Shown here piece after piece: positions 45,685 through 54,339 of a stretch of DNA of 64,000 nucleotides. Position 1 is the stretch's first letter; the number at the start of each line of letters is the position of its first letter. Source of the DNA: Candidatus Rokuibacteriota bacterium (lineage in GTDB: Bacteria > Methylomirabilota > Methylomirabilia > Rokubacteriales > CSP1-6); contig JACQFL010000018.1 of NCBI GenBank assembly GCA_016200085.1, positions 48,006 through 112,005 of the forward strand, read 5' to 3'. The translations under genes were made by a program, and so were the position numbers. Below the pieces are notes generated by a model. The model made no database searches and was not told where the DNA came from. It saw nothing but the letters and a program-made list of their open reading frames with translations.

Positions 45685-45961
45685 CGGACTCGCTCACCGT
45701 GCCCGTGGGCAGCGCGACGAAGTGATCGCCGTCCTTGATCTCGACCGGATCGTCGGGGCCGATGTTGCCGCCCGAGGGCTTCCCGTGGACGAGCCGCGTG
45801 AGATCGTCGGTGAGCGGCGCGCCCGCCCCCTCCCGGATCGCTCGGCCGGTGACCGGGGTGGTGTTGAACTGGACGTGCTTGTTCCGGCCGTCCACCTCGA
45901 CCACGATGTTGATGACGCGGTGCTTCACTTCCGGAGCTGCTGTCGTCTCGTGCGCTTCCAT
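45674..45961 (-). CDS. multi-ubiquitin (Mub)-type beta-grasp ubiquitin-like protein
   Basis: 95 aa; ..INIVVEVDGRNKHVQF..VHGKPSGGNIGPDDPVEIKDGDHFVALPTG.. resembles the Mub domain of E1/E2/JAB operons; C-terminal residue is Gly. Confidence 0.5.
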   Translation of the reverse strand: MEAHETTAAPEVKHRVINIVVEVDGRNKHVQFNTTPVTGRAIREGAGAPLTDDLTRLVHGKPSGGNIGPDDPVEIKDGDHFVALPTGTVSESDEG

Positions 45962-46089
45962 TTTGTCCTCCGAAGCCGGGCTCCATACTGTCGGGCCGCG
46001 ATGCTCCTACTTTCCCAGTGCCCGATTTCCGATCGGACCGGACATGCCGACGAAATTGTCCGGGAGGCTCCGGAGCCGGGCATATATAG

Positions 46090-46746
46090 GTGGGACGGAC
46101 GACCAAGCCCGGGAGGGGGAGGGAGTCGGGGCTGGAGAAGCAACCACGGAGGGTGCCAGCGGACCGCGCGGCGACCCCGGACGAGGTCCGGGCCGCCTTG
46201 GACGGCTTGGGCGAGGCCGATCTCGTCCGGCTCGGGAAGTCCGCCCGCTACCGGATACGGGGACTTGGCCGCAAGGCCGGGGGGCGGGACCATGACGATC
46301 TCCTCGGAGAGGCGGTTGCGGACACCCTCGACCCGACGAAGCGCAGATGGAACAAGGACGTAAGCTTCGTCCGGCACCTGATAGGTGCCATGCGGAGCAT
46401 CTCGAGCCACTGGCGCGAGCAGTTCGACCCCGACGAACCGCTCTTGGAAGCGCAGCTCGTCCACACGACCGAGGAAGGAGAACTCCTCAGCCCGATCGAT
46501 TTGGTCGGCTCGGGCGCACCAGGCGCCCAGCGTATCCTTGAGGCCAAAGAAGAGGTCGAGCGCATCGAGAAGGCGGTCGCCGATGACAAGGTCGTGCACG
46601 ACATCCTGGGCGGCCTGCGCGCCGAAATGTCGCCCGACGAAATCCGCGAGGCCTTGGGGCTTTCCGTCACCGAGTACGAGACAGCGATGAAGCGGTTCCG
46701 GAGGCACGTGCGACCGACCGCGGCGCAGGGAGGAAGCGATGCCTGA
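46090..46746 (+). CDS. ECF-type sigma-70 family protein (regions 2 and 4)
   Basis: region-2-like ..DHDDLLGEAVADTL..FVRHLIGAMRSISSHWREQ.. and region-4 HTH ..ILGGLRAEMSPDEIREALGLSVTEYETAMKRFRR; the true start may be downstream of the first ATG. Confidence 0.55.
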   Translation: MGRTTKPGRGRESGLEKQPRRVPADRAATPDEVRAALDGLGEADLVRLGKSARYRIRGLGRKAGGRDHDDLLGEAVADTLDPTKRRWNKDVSFVRHLIGAMRSISSHWREQFDPDEPLLEAQLVHTTEEGELLSPIDLVGSGAPGAQRILEAKEEVERIEKAVADDKVVHDILGGLRAEMSPDEIREALGLSVTEYETAMKRFRRHVRPTAAQGGSDA

Positions 46747-47188
46747 GAAGCCGCGAGACTACGAAGCCGAGCTTCGCGCCATCATGGATGCACTCGCCGA
46801 GTCCGTGGCCGAGGCGTCGGACGAGGACCTCCTTGCGGAAGCGCGCGAGGCGGGTGAGGACCCTCGCCAGACGGCCGCCCGGGTACGGGACGTCTTGAAG
46901 CGTGCCGCGAAGGATTATGAACAGAGACACCTTCGCGCGGCTGAGAAGGCACACGAAGAGCAAGTCAGATCAATTCGCATGCGTCCCTACGTCCTGCCGG
47001 ACACCCCCGAGGGCCGCCGAAAGCTCTTCACACTCGTCGTGACCCGGAAGCCCAAGCTGCGGCAAGCACTCCTCACCCTTCAGAACCGTGAATTCAAAAA
47101 TCTCACGGATGCGGACATCCAAAGCTGCCTCGAGCATCTGGGAGCGCTCGGGGTGCTCCGCGAGTTCGAGGAGCCGGAGGAAGAGTAG
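46739..47188 (+). CDS. hypothetical protein (possible anti-sigma / adaptor)
   Basis: 149-aa acidic helical protein overlapping the sigma gene stop (ATGCCTGA). Confidence 0.4.
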   Translation: MPEKPRDYEAELRAIMDALAESVAEASDEDLLAEAREAGEDPRQTAARVRDVLKRAAKDYEQRHLRAAEKAHEEQVRSIRMRPYVLPDTPEGRRKLFTLVVTRKPKLRQALLTLQNREFKNLTDADIQSCLEHLGALGVLREFEEPEEE

Positions 47189-47189
47189 C

Positions 47190-47987
47190 GTGTCTTCCTC
47201 TTACAGGGCGCCACACACCGTCCTCGAGGAACTCGGCATTCGCGAGCCCGAGGACATCAAGATCGAGGCGATCGCCGAGTACTGCGGCGCGACGATCCTC
47301 TACGAAGCTCTTGAGGGCACTGAGGCAAGGATCTTAGGCTACGGAGACCGTGCGATCATCACCGTGAATGTCGCGGCTCCCCTTGGCCGACGGCGCTTCT
47401 CAGGCGCTCACGAGCTTGGCCATTGGATGTGCGACCGGGGAAAGATCGCGTTTGCATGCACCGACCGCGTGTTCACACGTGAATGGTCGGACGATAACCC
47501 CGAGCGCCGAGCCAATCAGTACGCCGCTGAACTCCTGCTTCCGCAGAGGATGTTCTCGGCTCACGCGAAGAACCGGGAGATCACCTTCGCCGCGGCCCGC
47601 GACCTCGCGGAGGTCTTCAAGACGAGCCTTACCGCGACGGCGATTCGGCTCGTAGAGTTTGGCTCCTTTCCGGCTGTGCTCGTTTGCAGCGATCGAGACC
47701 GTCGGCGGTGGTTCAAGCGCGGCCCCGACGTGCCAGACGTGCTATGGCCCCACGATAGAGTGAGCCCGCGGACGGTGGCGTACGACGTCCTCCACGGTAA
47801 GGCGCTTCCGTCAGGGCCCGTTGACGTCTGTGCGGACGGATGGTTCGGCCATCACGAGGCCCATCGGTATGCCATACGAGAAGATTCCGTACGCATCACC
47901 GACGATTATGTCTTGACGCTTCTTTGGTGGAAGGACGAACGCCAGCTCCTCGATCTCGAGGATGACGACAATGATGATGAGCAGTAA
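47190..47987 (+). CDS. ImmA/IrrE-family metallo-endopeptidase
   Basis: GTG start after a GGAGGAAGAG Shine-Dalgarno; HEXXH motif ..GAHELGHWM.. in a DUF955-type context. Confidence 0.7.
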   Translation: MSSSYRAPHTVLEELGIREPEDIKIEAIAEYCGATILYEALEGTEARILGYGDRAIITVNVAAPLGRRRFSGAHELGHWMCDRGKIAFACTDRVFTREWSDDNPERRANQYAAELLLPQRMFSAHAKNREITFAAARDLAEVFKTSLTATAIRLVEFGSFPAVLVCSDRDRRRWFKRGPDVPDVLWPHDRVSPRTVAYDVLHGKALPSGPVDVCADGWFGHHEAHRYAIREDSVRITDDYVLTLLWWKDERQLLDLEDDDNDDEQ

Positions 47988-48077
47988 GGGGGCTTCAAGG
48001 GGCGAAGATCACGAGAAGTATCCGCTGGACTTCGAGGGCGGCGCGGCGGCCCGTAGGCGTCACGTGCCCGAGCAGCC

Positions 48078-49334
48078 ATGAGCACGGTGCCGCCAGCCGC
48101 TCGCCGGCGGGTCGTCGTCTTCTCTCCGTGGATAAAGTTCCGTGCGACGCCCTTCGACATGTGCGGCATCCGCGTGATGGGCTTTGACGATGCTCAGCAG
48201 GCGTTGGGCGCGCAGGACCGCGAAGCCCTCTGGCGCGCACGCCTGCCATACGTTGACCACTTCCTAAACGAAGACCGAACACCGCGGCCGTGGAATGAGA
48301 ATCCGTTGTTCTACGCCGCGGCTCCCGCCGATCCGCTCGGGGAACCGCCGGAGCAGGAGCGAGAGGTCATCGGGCTCGTGAACGCCTTCCTCTATCTCTG
48401 TGTGTTCGCGGCAAACCGCGTCGGTCCAGGCGAAATGCAGATCTATACCAATGCGAGTGATTGGGCGCTCTATGTCCATCCGGTTCACGACCCTGAGTAT
48501 TTCGCTCTCGGGGCGCGTAGGCTTTTGGGCCGGTTGAGCCACGGCGGGTTTCGTTGGAACTACTCGGTCATCTCGATGCCGATGGAGTGCACGCGCTACG
48601 AGCTCTACGACGCGGTAATCGACCGGAGCTTCGTGGATGGCGTGACAGCACTCCACGGGCGCGGTCGCGCCGCGCTCTACGTGTCCCCAGTGCGCACGTT
48701 CATGCTCGGGACCGCTGATAACCATCTCTGGAGACGCGAAGAGGATCTGCCACTCATCTGGGCGTCGGTGGAGCAGCTGAACGAATCGGAAGGCTTTGAG
48801 ACATGCGAGGCGGGACGGCGCGAACGAGCCGCCGCCGCAACTGCTCTTCGATTGCAGCCGACTCACACGGTGAGCCTAATCCGTGCCGTTGTTGGTCCTC
48901 CGCCGTCAGCGGAGTATGTGTGGGACGGAGACTTTCGGCCTGACCGACGGGGAGGAGCCACCGCGCCGACACGTGCGCGAAGAGACGGCATGCAGTTCTC
49001 GGCGCTTGAGCGCGCGCTCGACGAGCTGAACTTCGCGAGGAATCGTATTCTGCACGGAGGGCAGCGTCCAGCTCTTGAATGGGACGTCGCCACGCTCGCA
49101 CTCCTGGGCGCGAAGTTCTTCGTCCTCCTCATGAAGCGGATCCTCGCGTGGGAAGAGGTCCGTGCTTGGACCGATGCCGACGCGTGTGAAGCGATGGGGC
49201 TGCACGCGTTTGCGCGAGGTGGTCGTGCATCCTTAGTCGACGGGTATCGGGCTTACGAGCGCGCCGTCGAGGAATGCCGGCGAGAGCGCCAACGGCAGAG
49301 GATGGTCGAGGAGTTCGAGCGCGGGGCGCCGTGA
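48078..49334 (+). CDS. hypothetical protein
   Basis: 418-aa ORF, coding-like composition, no family recognised. Confidence 0.45.
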   Translation: MSTVPPAARRRVVVFSPWIKFRATPFDMCGIRVMGFDDAQQALGAQDREALWRARLPYVDHFLNEDRTPRPWNENPLFYAAAPADPLGEPPEQEREVIGLVNAFLYLCVFAANRVGPGEMQIYTNASDWALYVHPVHDPEYFALGARRLLGRLSHGGFRWNYSVISMPMECTRYELYDAVIDRSFVDGVTALHGRGRAALYVSPVRTFMLGTADNHLWRREEDLPLIWASVEQLNESEGFETCEAGRRERAAAATALRLQPTHTVSLIRAVVGPPPSAEYVWDGDFRPDRRGGATAPTRARRDGMQFSALERALDELNFARNRILHGGQRPALEWDVATLALLGAKFFVLLMKRILAWEEVRAWTDADACEAMGLHAFARGGRASLVDGYRAYERAVEECRRERQRQRMVEEFERGAP

Positions 49335-49987
49335 ATCAGCCACAGCCGCGCTACGAATGTAGTCGTGACGACCTGTTTATGTGGCCGGGTGTCGTTCGGC
49401 CGCCCGAGCTCCACGCGTACCCGACACCACGGCAGCCGGTGCGCGTGGTGTTCATCGGTTGGAACCCACCGAAGCCCTACCGAGGATTCTGGTTTCTGGA
49501 CGAGCACGACAACCTACGCGGGGAGCTTCACACAGTACTACTCAGGCTGCGGCGCGTTACCGCTCACGCTCCCGACGGATGGTTCCTCGAGGAGTTTCTC
49601 GAAGCCGGCTACTACTTCGTTCACGCCGTGAAGTGCTGGGCGAAGGCGAAATATCCTGGCTTCGGTCGAGGTGCGGTGCCACGCGACCGACGCAACATCG
49701 GCGAGCCTTTAGCCAGGGCATGCGCCGCGGCTCACCTTTGCGAGGAGCTACGGCGGCTGGCGCCGAAGCGCGTGTGCGCGCTCGGCGAGCTTGCCTACTG
49801 CGCGCTTCGCGCTCTTCAGCCCGATCTTGATCCTAAAGCGCGGCCGACCGAGGGGCGCCGTTTCGAGCTTTCAGTGGACGGGATCAATGTGCCGCTGCTG
49901 TACACCTCCTTTCCATCCTCGAGCCCGGTGCGCGGCCGGCAGTTACGGGACTTCACGCGGGGCCATCTCGAAGAGTTCTTGGCGTAA
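49274..49987 (+). CDS. uracil-DNA glycosylase superfamily protein (family 4-like)
   Basis: ..VVFIGWNPP..FVHAVKCWAKAKYPGFGRG..C..LCEELRRLAPKRVCALGELA.. fits the UDG-fold VKC..P / C..L..L..P..I..LG pattern; the likely true start is the internal MWPGVV at about 49379. Confidence 0.5.
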   Translation: MPARAPTAEDGRGVRARGAVNQPQPRYECSRDDLFMWPGVVRPPELHAYPTPRQPVRVVFIGWNPPKPYRGFWFLDEHDNLRGELHTVLLRLRRVTAHAPDGWFLEEFLEAGYYFVHAVKCWAKAKYPGFGRGAVPRDRRNIGEPLARACAAAHLCEELRRLAPKRVCALGELAYCALRALQPDLDPKARPTEGRRFELSVDGINVPLLYTSFPSSSPVRGRQLRDFTRGHLEEFLA

Positions 49988-49996
49988 AGCGACGTC

Positions 49997-50296
49997 ATGC
50001 CGCACCGGCTGACCGTATGTAATTCTGGACATTCCCGAGCCGCCGCCGTGGAACTCTCCCGTGTAGAGAGGTGGAGTCCCATGCATGGGCGGCTAGGCGC
50101 TTTCCAGGAGCTTGAAAAGTTCGTGAGGGCTCATCGCGAGTGCGGATCGCTGATTGGCGACGCTAGCCGTCCGGGAGCGGACGGCTACTTGCTCTGGGTC
50201 GAGTGCTCGTGCGGGATCCGGTTCGAGCGCTGGGTGACCCCCGAAGCCGCGGAGTATGATCTCCTCCGGTCGCGGCTCTTGAGCTCCCAGAACTGA
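49997..50296 (+). CDS. hypothetical small protein
   Basis: 99-aa ORF, possibly starting at the internal Met. Confidence 0.3.
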   Translation: MPHRLTVCNSGHSRAAAVELSRVERWSPMHGRLGAFQELEKFVRAHRECGSLIGDASRPGADGYLLWVECSCGIRFERWVTPEAAEYDLLRSRLLSSQN

Positions 50297-50350
50297 GGTC
50301 GGGGCCGTCACTCGGGAGGGCCGAGTCGGCTCCCCGTCGCCTCCTTTCTC

Positions 50351-50873
50351 ATGCGGAGGCCACCATGCGCCCCGAGACTATCCAGGTTCGGCCGCGAGGA
50401 TCTCTACGAGGAGATCTGGTCAGAGCCGCTCATCAAGGTCGCCCAAAACTACGGCATCAGCGGTACTGGCCTCTCGAAAATCTGCCGGAAGGCGGGAATC
50501 CCGCTCCCGCCCGTAGGCTACTGGCAGCAGCTCCAGTACGGCTACAAACCCGCACGTCCCCCGTTCCCGCCGTTGCGCAATGGAGCCAACATCGGTGGTC
50601 ACGATCGAGAAGCACCCGCCCAAGCCCAAGCACAGCTAGGAAGTGGAGTCCCAGCTCGCACGCGAAGAGGACGAGAAGAACCGCCGCTACGTCAACAATG
50701 TAGGCAAGGTCTCGATGAAGTTTGCCGGGGGATCATTAAATGCGCTCGCTCCGAACTCTCGCCAAATCGGAGCCCTTGCGTTCCACTCGAGCGCAAACGC
50801 TGCGTTTACCCCAACGAAGGCCTTCATTATTTCTGATGCAAGCAGTAGTCGTAGTGCTACCCGTGCAAAATAG
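50351..50873 (+). pseudogene. disrupted hypothetical gene (frameshift plus in-frame TAG)
   Basis: N-terminal part ..REDLYEEIWSEPLIKVAQNYGISGTGLSKICRKAGIPLPPVGYWQQLQYGYKP.. turns into nonsense. A different frame reads ..EPTSVVTIEKHPPKPKHS*EVESQLAREEDEKNRRYVNNVGKVSMKF.. Confidence 0.35.
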
Positions 50874-51655
50874 TGAAAAGCGGGGTCCGTGCCGAGGGCA
50901 TGAAGCGTCGCCACGCACTCGTCGACACCTATTCCCGGAGGCTTGGATTCTACTGCGCCACGATACGCCTCCAACAGCGCTGTCCGCGCGTCTGCGTCGT
51001 TGAATTCCTTGAAACCACCAAAAGGCACGTAGTTTATCTCGTTTCGATAGTTGGACTCGTCTTTGGGGTCGGTAACGTGGGCGATCTTGTGAACCAGTTC
51101 ATACTCGGCCCGTGGTGAGGTATACCGATCATAGATCTCGTAGTATCGATTCCATGCGACTGCGTGGTCCCGCCCTCTGGCTCCTCGGGAACAGACAATG
51201 TACCGATGTGCAGCCAAGTCATGGGGTATGACGTAGCACTGTAGTTCAGAACCATTTCCCCGTCGGAGGCGCGTGACGGTGCGCCCCTGGAGGCACAATA
51301 AGCTGTGGATGCTGAAGAAGCTCGCATAGTAGTTAGTGACCCGGGCCCATGTTGCATAACCTCGCCGCGCCAAAAGATATTGGCCGTAGTAGCTGTAGAG
51401 TGCCTTTTGGAAGTATTCCATTGCTTGCTCAAGGAACCGAACAGTAAGATCGGCGCCCTCAACGACAATGCCGCTGCTGATGCGGGCGTCGACGACACCA
51501 CCGGCGTCAAGCGCCGCGACACACGCCGTCGCCACAGATTGATCTGCCGCTGCATAGGGGATCGCCGCGAAGACGGCGCTTTGCTGATTCAATGCCCAGG
51601 CTTGGACGAAGCACGAATCGATGTCAGTCTTGGTGGCGTCGCCAACGACGTTCAT
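50687..51655 (-). CDS. hypothetical protein
   Basis: 322-aa ORF with lower-GC codon usage than the host backbone. Confidence 0.5.
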   Translation of the reverse strand: MNVVGDATKTDIDSCFVQAWALNQQSAVFAAIPYAAADQSVATACVAALDAGGVVDARISSGIVVEGADLTVRFLEQAMEYFQKALYSYYGQYLLARRGYATWARVTNYYASFFSIHSLLCLQGRTVTRLRRGNGSELQCYVIPHDLAAHRYIVCSRGARGRDHAVAWNRYYEIYDRYTSPRAEYELVHKIAHVTDPKDESNYRNEINYVPFGGFKEFNDADARTALLEAYRGAVESKPPGIGVDECVATLHALGTDPAFHYFARVALRLLLASEIMKAFVGVNAAFALEWNARAPIWREFGASAFNDPPANFIETLPTLLT

Positions 51656-51669
51656 AGTTGGAGGTGTAA

Positions 51670-51900
51670 CTAGCCGGAGAAAACGAGGCCCTTAAGGCGC
51701 TCCGTGAGTTGTGCGATGCCCGCTTCACCAACGTAAGAGACGCCTTGGCCCCGAGCGACCTTCGCTGAGAAACGAAAGGGCGTCAGCTTATCGATGTAGG
51801 GCCGGAAATCTGCCTCAGTGACTCTCAGCCCGCGCTTGTCAGAAACCCTGATACCTCGTCGGCGCATATCTCGGTGGCGTCCCGAGTGGTGTGGAAATAG
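51670..51900 (-). pseudogene. C-terminal gene fragment, possibly the 3' end of the IS-disrupted DGQHR gene
   Basis: ..GIRVSDKRGLRVTEADFRPYIDKLTPFRFSAKVARGQGVSYVGEAGIAQLTERLKGLVFSG* is the protein-like tail of the 544-aa track ORF, which is otherwise antisense to the transposase. Confidence 0.3.
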
Positions 51901-53300
51901 AGAAATGGCGCATTCTTCCGGTGGGAAGTCCCACCACCAACCGGCCGTCCGGCAAGACGGCCGCCGGAGGAATGCGCTATGGCGAAGCGTATCAGGAAGT
52001 CGGAGCGGCTGCCTGAAGATCGGCCGGCCGCGCTGGGCGAGTTGATTCATGCCCAGGTCCGGGTCGCGATCGAGACGGCCGTGCACGAAGAGCTGGCGAT
52101 CGCGCTCGGGGCCGGGCGCTACGAGCGCCACGACGGGCGGCGCGGCTACCGCAACGGCCTCAAGACGCGCACCCTGACGGGCCCGACCGGGCCGCTGGCC
52201 CTCACGCTGCCCCGCGCCACGCTGGGGGCGCCGAGCCGCGAATGGTGCTCGACGATCGTGCCGCGCTATCAGCGCCGGATGCGCGAGGTGAACGAGACGG
52301 TGATCGCGACGTACTTGGCCGGGGGGAACCAGCGGCGGATCCGCGGCGCGCTGCAGCCGCTGCTCAAGGCGGCGCCGCTTTCCAAGAGCGCGGTCTCCCG
52401 GATCGTCGCCACGCTGAAAGATGGGCTGACGGCCTGGACCGCGCGCTCGCTCACCGAGGTTGACCTCGTCTACCTCTATCTCGACGCCGTGTGCGTGCGG
52501 GTGCGCAGCGCGGGCAAGGTCGCGAGCGTGCCCGTGCTGACGGCCGTGGCCGTGCTCGCCGACGGCCGCAAGGAGTTGCTCGCGCTGGAGCTGTGCGGCA
52601 GCGAATCGGGCGACGCGTGGCGGGACTTCGTCGCGGACTTGCAGGCCCGCGGGCTCCGCGCGCCGCTCCTGGCGATCATCGACGGCAATCCGGGCCTGCG
52701 CCTGGCCCTGAGCCGGACGTGGCCGGCGACGGCCGTGCAGCGTTGCGCCGTCCACAAGCTCCGCAACCTCGAGCGTAAGGCGCCCAAGCACGCGCTCGAC
52801 GAGCTCCGCGAGGACTTTCATCGCATCGTCTATGCGGCGTCCGCCGACGCGGGCCGCGCGGCGTACACGACCTTCGAACGCAAGTGGGCGAAGCGCTGTC
52901 CCGGCGTCGGGCGCAGCCTCCACGAGGGCGGCGCGGAGTTGCTGACCTTTTTCACCTTTCCGAAGGCGCAGTGGAAGACGCTGCGCACCACGAACGTGAT
53001 CGAACGGCTCAATGAGGAATTCCGCCGGCGCGTGAAGACGCAGGGCTCGCTGCCGACCGAGGATGCCGCGCTGATCCTGCTCTTCAGCCTGGTCGCCAGC
53101 GGGCAGATCAAGCTGCGGAAGATCGATGGGCACGCGACGATCGCGACCGTCATCAGCAAGCGGCTGCGGCCCGCGGCGTGACCCCCCCGAGCCGGGCTCT
53201 TGCGCTTTGCGTCCAGGGACGAGAGAATCGCGATCGCTCAGAGCCTCGGAGAGCGACGATCGCGAGCGAGGCAATACCCTGATATCCCCCTCGCCGCGAT
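51880..53300 (+). mobile_element. IS256-family insertion sequence (boundaries approximate)
   Basis: single transposase gene flanked by about 100 bp of non-coding ends; it sits between a 5' gene body and a protein-like 3' fragment on the minus strand. Confidence 0.7.
51979..53181 (+). CDS. IS256-family (Mutator-like) transposase
   Basis: 400 aa; ..DLVYLYLDAVCVRVR..LLAIIDGNPGLRLAL..AVQRCAVHKLRNL..NVIERLNEEFRRR.. matches the IS256 DDE transposase pattern. Confidence 0.9.
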   Translation: MAKRIRKSERLPEDRPAALGELIHAQVRVAIETAVHEELAIALGAGRYERHDGRRGYRNGLKTRTLTGPTGPLALTLPRATLGAPSREWCSTIVPRYQRRMREVNETVIATYLAGGNQRRIRGALQPLLKAAPLSKSAVSRIVATLKDGLTAWTARSLTEVDLVYLYLDAVCVRVRSAGKVASVPVLTAVAVLADGRKELLALELCGSESGDAWRDFVADLQARGLRAPLLAIIDGNPGLRLALSRTWPATAVQRCAVHKLRNLERKAPKHALDELREDFHRIVYAASADAGRAAYTTFERKWAKRCPGVGRSLHEGGAELLTFFTFPKAQWKTLRTTNVIERLNEEFRRRVKTQGSLPTEDAALILLFSLVASGQIKLRKIDGHATIATVISKRLRPAA

Positions 53301-54251
53301 TCACGACGGTGTCGGTCGCGACCGCCGATCGATGGAATGCCGGAGGATCGCCTCTCGATTTTCCACATCAAGCGGGACGCCACCCATATCTCCGATCATG
53401 TCTTCAAACAGATTGAGAGCCGCGGAGACGCCCACGTACTTACAGAGGAGAAACTCCTTATTGTTCCACTCGCGCGGGTAGGCTGCCGCAAGAACCTTGA
53501 AGTATGTCATCAGCACTCTGAGCTGAAGCGCTTCCTCAAAGAAGTCCGCATCCTCGGTGTGGAAAATGTGCCCTCGTTTCAAGAGCTTCTTGAGCGCCGT
53601 CATGAACGACGAAAGGCTGATGATGCGACCGGCGCCACCGACCATCCCAATCTTGTCGTGCCACGGAGAGTCGCGGTCCTCGTTCAACGAACTGACGAGG
53701 TAGTAAGCCCGCCGGTCCTCGAACTCCACCCATTCCGTTTGGCGGAGCATTGGTATCAGGTCATACACAAGGGAAGGATTGATCTTCCTTTGAGTGCCGT
53801 TGATCGTCCGGAACACAAGAGCTTTGAACTCATCAGGCAGGTCTATAAAGGCCGAAACGACAAGTGGAAGGTCGACGGAGCCGGAGTACTCATCATCGAA
53901 CGACCAGAGGCGGTGCTGTCCGTCCAAGACAAACGCCTCTGCACTCGGTCGATTAGGTATATGGATATAGTTGTCTCTGAAATACGCGTCGGCGCTTAGG
54001 GACACAATAATTGCGTTGGGAAGCAGAGGAGGACCGGCGGTTCGGCCCTGCAGATAGTCGCCGATTTCGCGTAGGCGGCTTGCGTTGAGGCCTCGTTGAA
54101 TTCCCTGTCGATTTTCTCGGGTTCTCTCGCTCGTATACGAAACGCTCAAGAGAGTCTTCGCCGTGAGTGAGAAGACGTAGAAGGTGAAATCTCCTTGGCT
54201 AATCGGTAACGCTGGAACTGGTGGTAGAAATCCGTTGGTCTTGTTAGGCAT
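53301..54251 (-). CDS. DGQHR-domain protein (DndB-like paralog), probably 3'-disrupted by the IS
   Basis: 316 aa with ..AFVLDGQHRLWSF..; the ORF ends a few codons into the IS-proximal sequence. Confidence 0.7.
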   Translation of the reverse strand: MPNKTNGFLPPVPALPISQGDFTFYVFSLTAKTLLSVSYTSERTRENRQGIQRGLNASRLREIGDYLQGRTAGPPLLPNAIIVSLSADAYFRDNYIHIPNRPSAEAFVLDGQHRLWSFDDEYSGSVDLPLVVSAFIDLPDEFKALVFRTINGTQRKINPSLVYDLIPMLRQTEWVEFEDRRAYYLVSSLNEDRDSPWHDKIGMVGGAGRIISLSSFMTALKKLLKRGHIFHTEDADFFEEALQLRVLMTYFKVLAAAYPREWNNKEFLLCKYVGVSAALNLFEDMIGDMGGVPLDVENREAILRHSIDRRSRPTPS

Positions 54252-54339
54252 TATGGCTAACCATGGGGGTTGTTACCGGTCCGCAGTATGTAAGAAACCG
54301 ACACGATTCCCCGTCGCCGGTGGATGCACCGATACGTCG

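Noticed and set aside
51670-53304. 544-aa minus-strand ORF spanning the IS
   Set aside because: Most of it is antisense to the IS256 transposase. Only the last about 60 codons look protein-like and are treated separately as a gene fragment.
51871-53324. Direct 12-mers TCGGTGGCGTCC / TCGGTCGCGACC near the IS ends as a target-site duplication
   Set aside because: Two mismatches, and the two copies fall in different reading-frame phases relative to the interrupted gene, so the IS boundaries remain unresolved.
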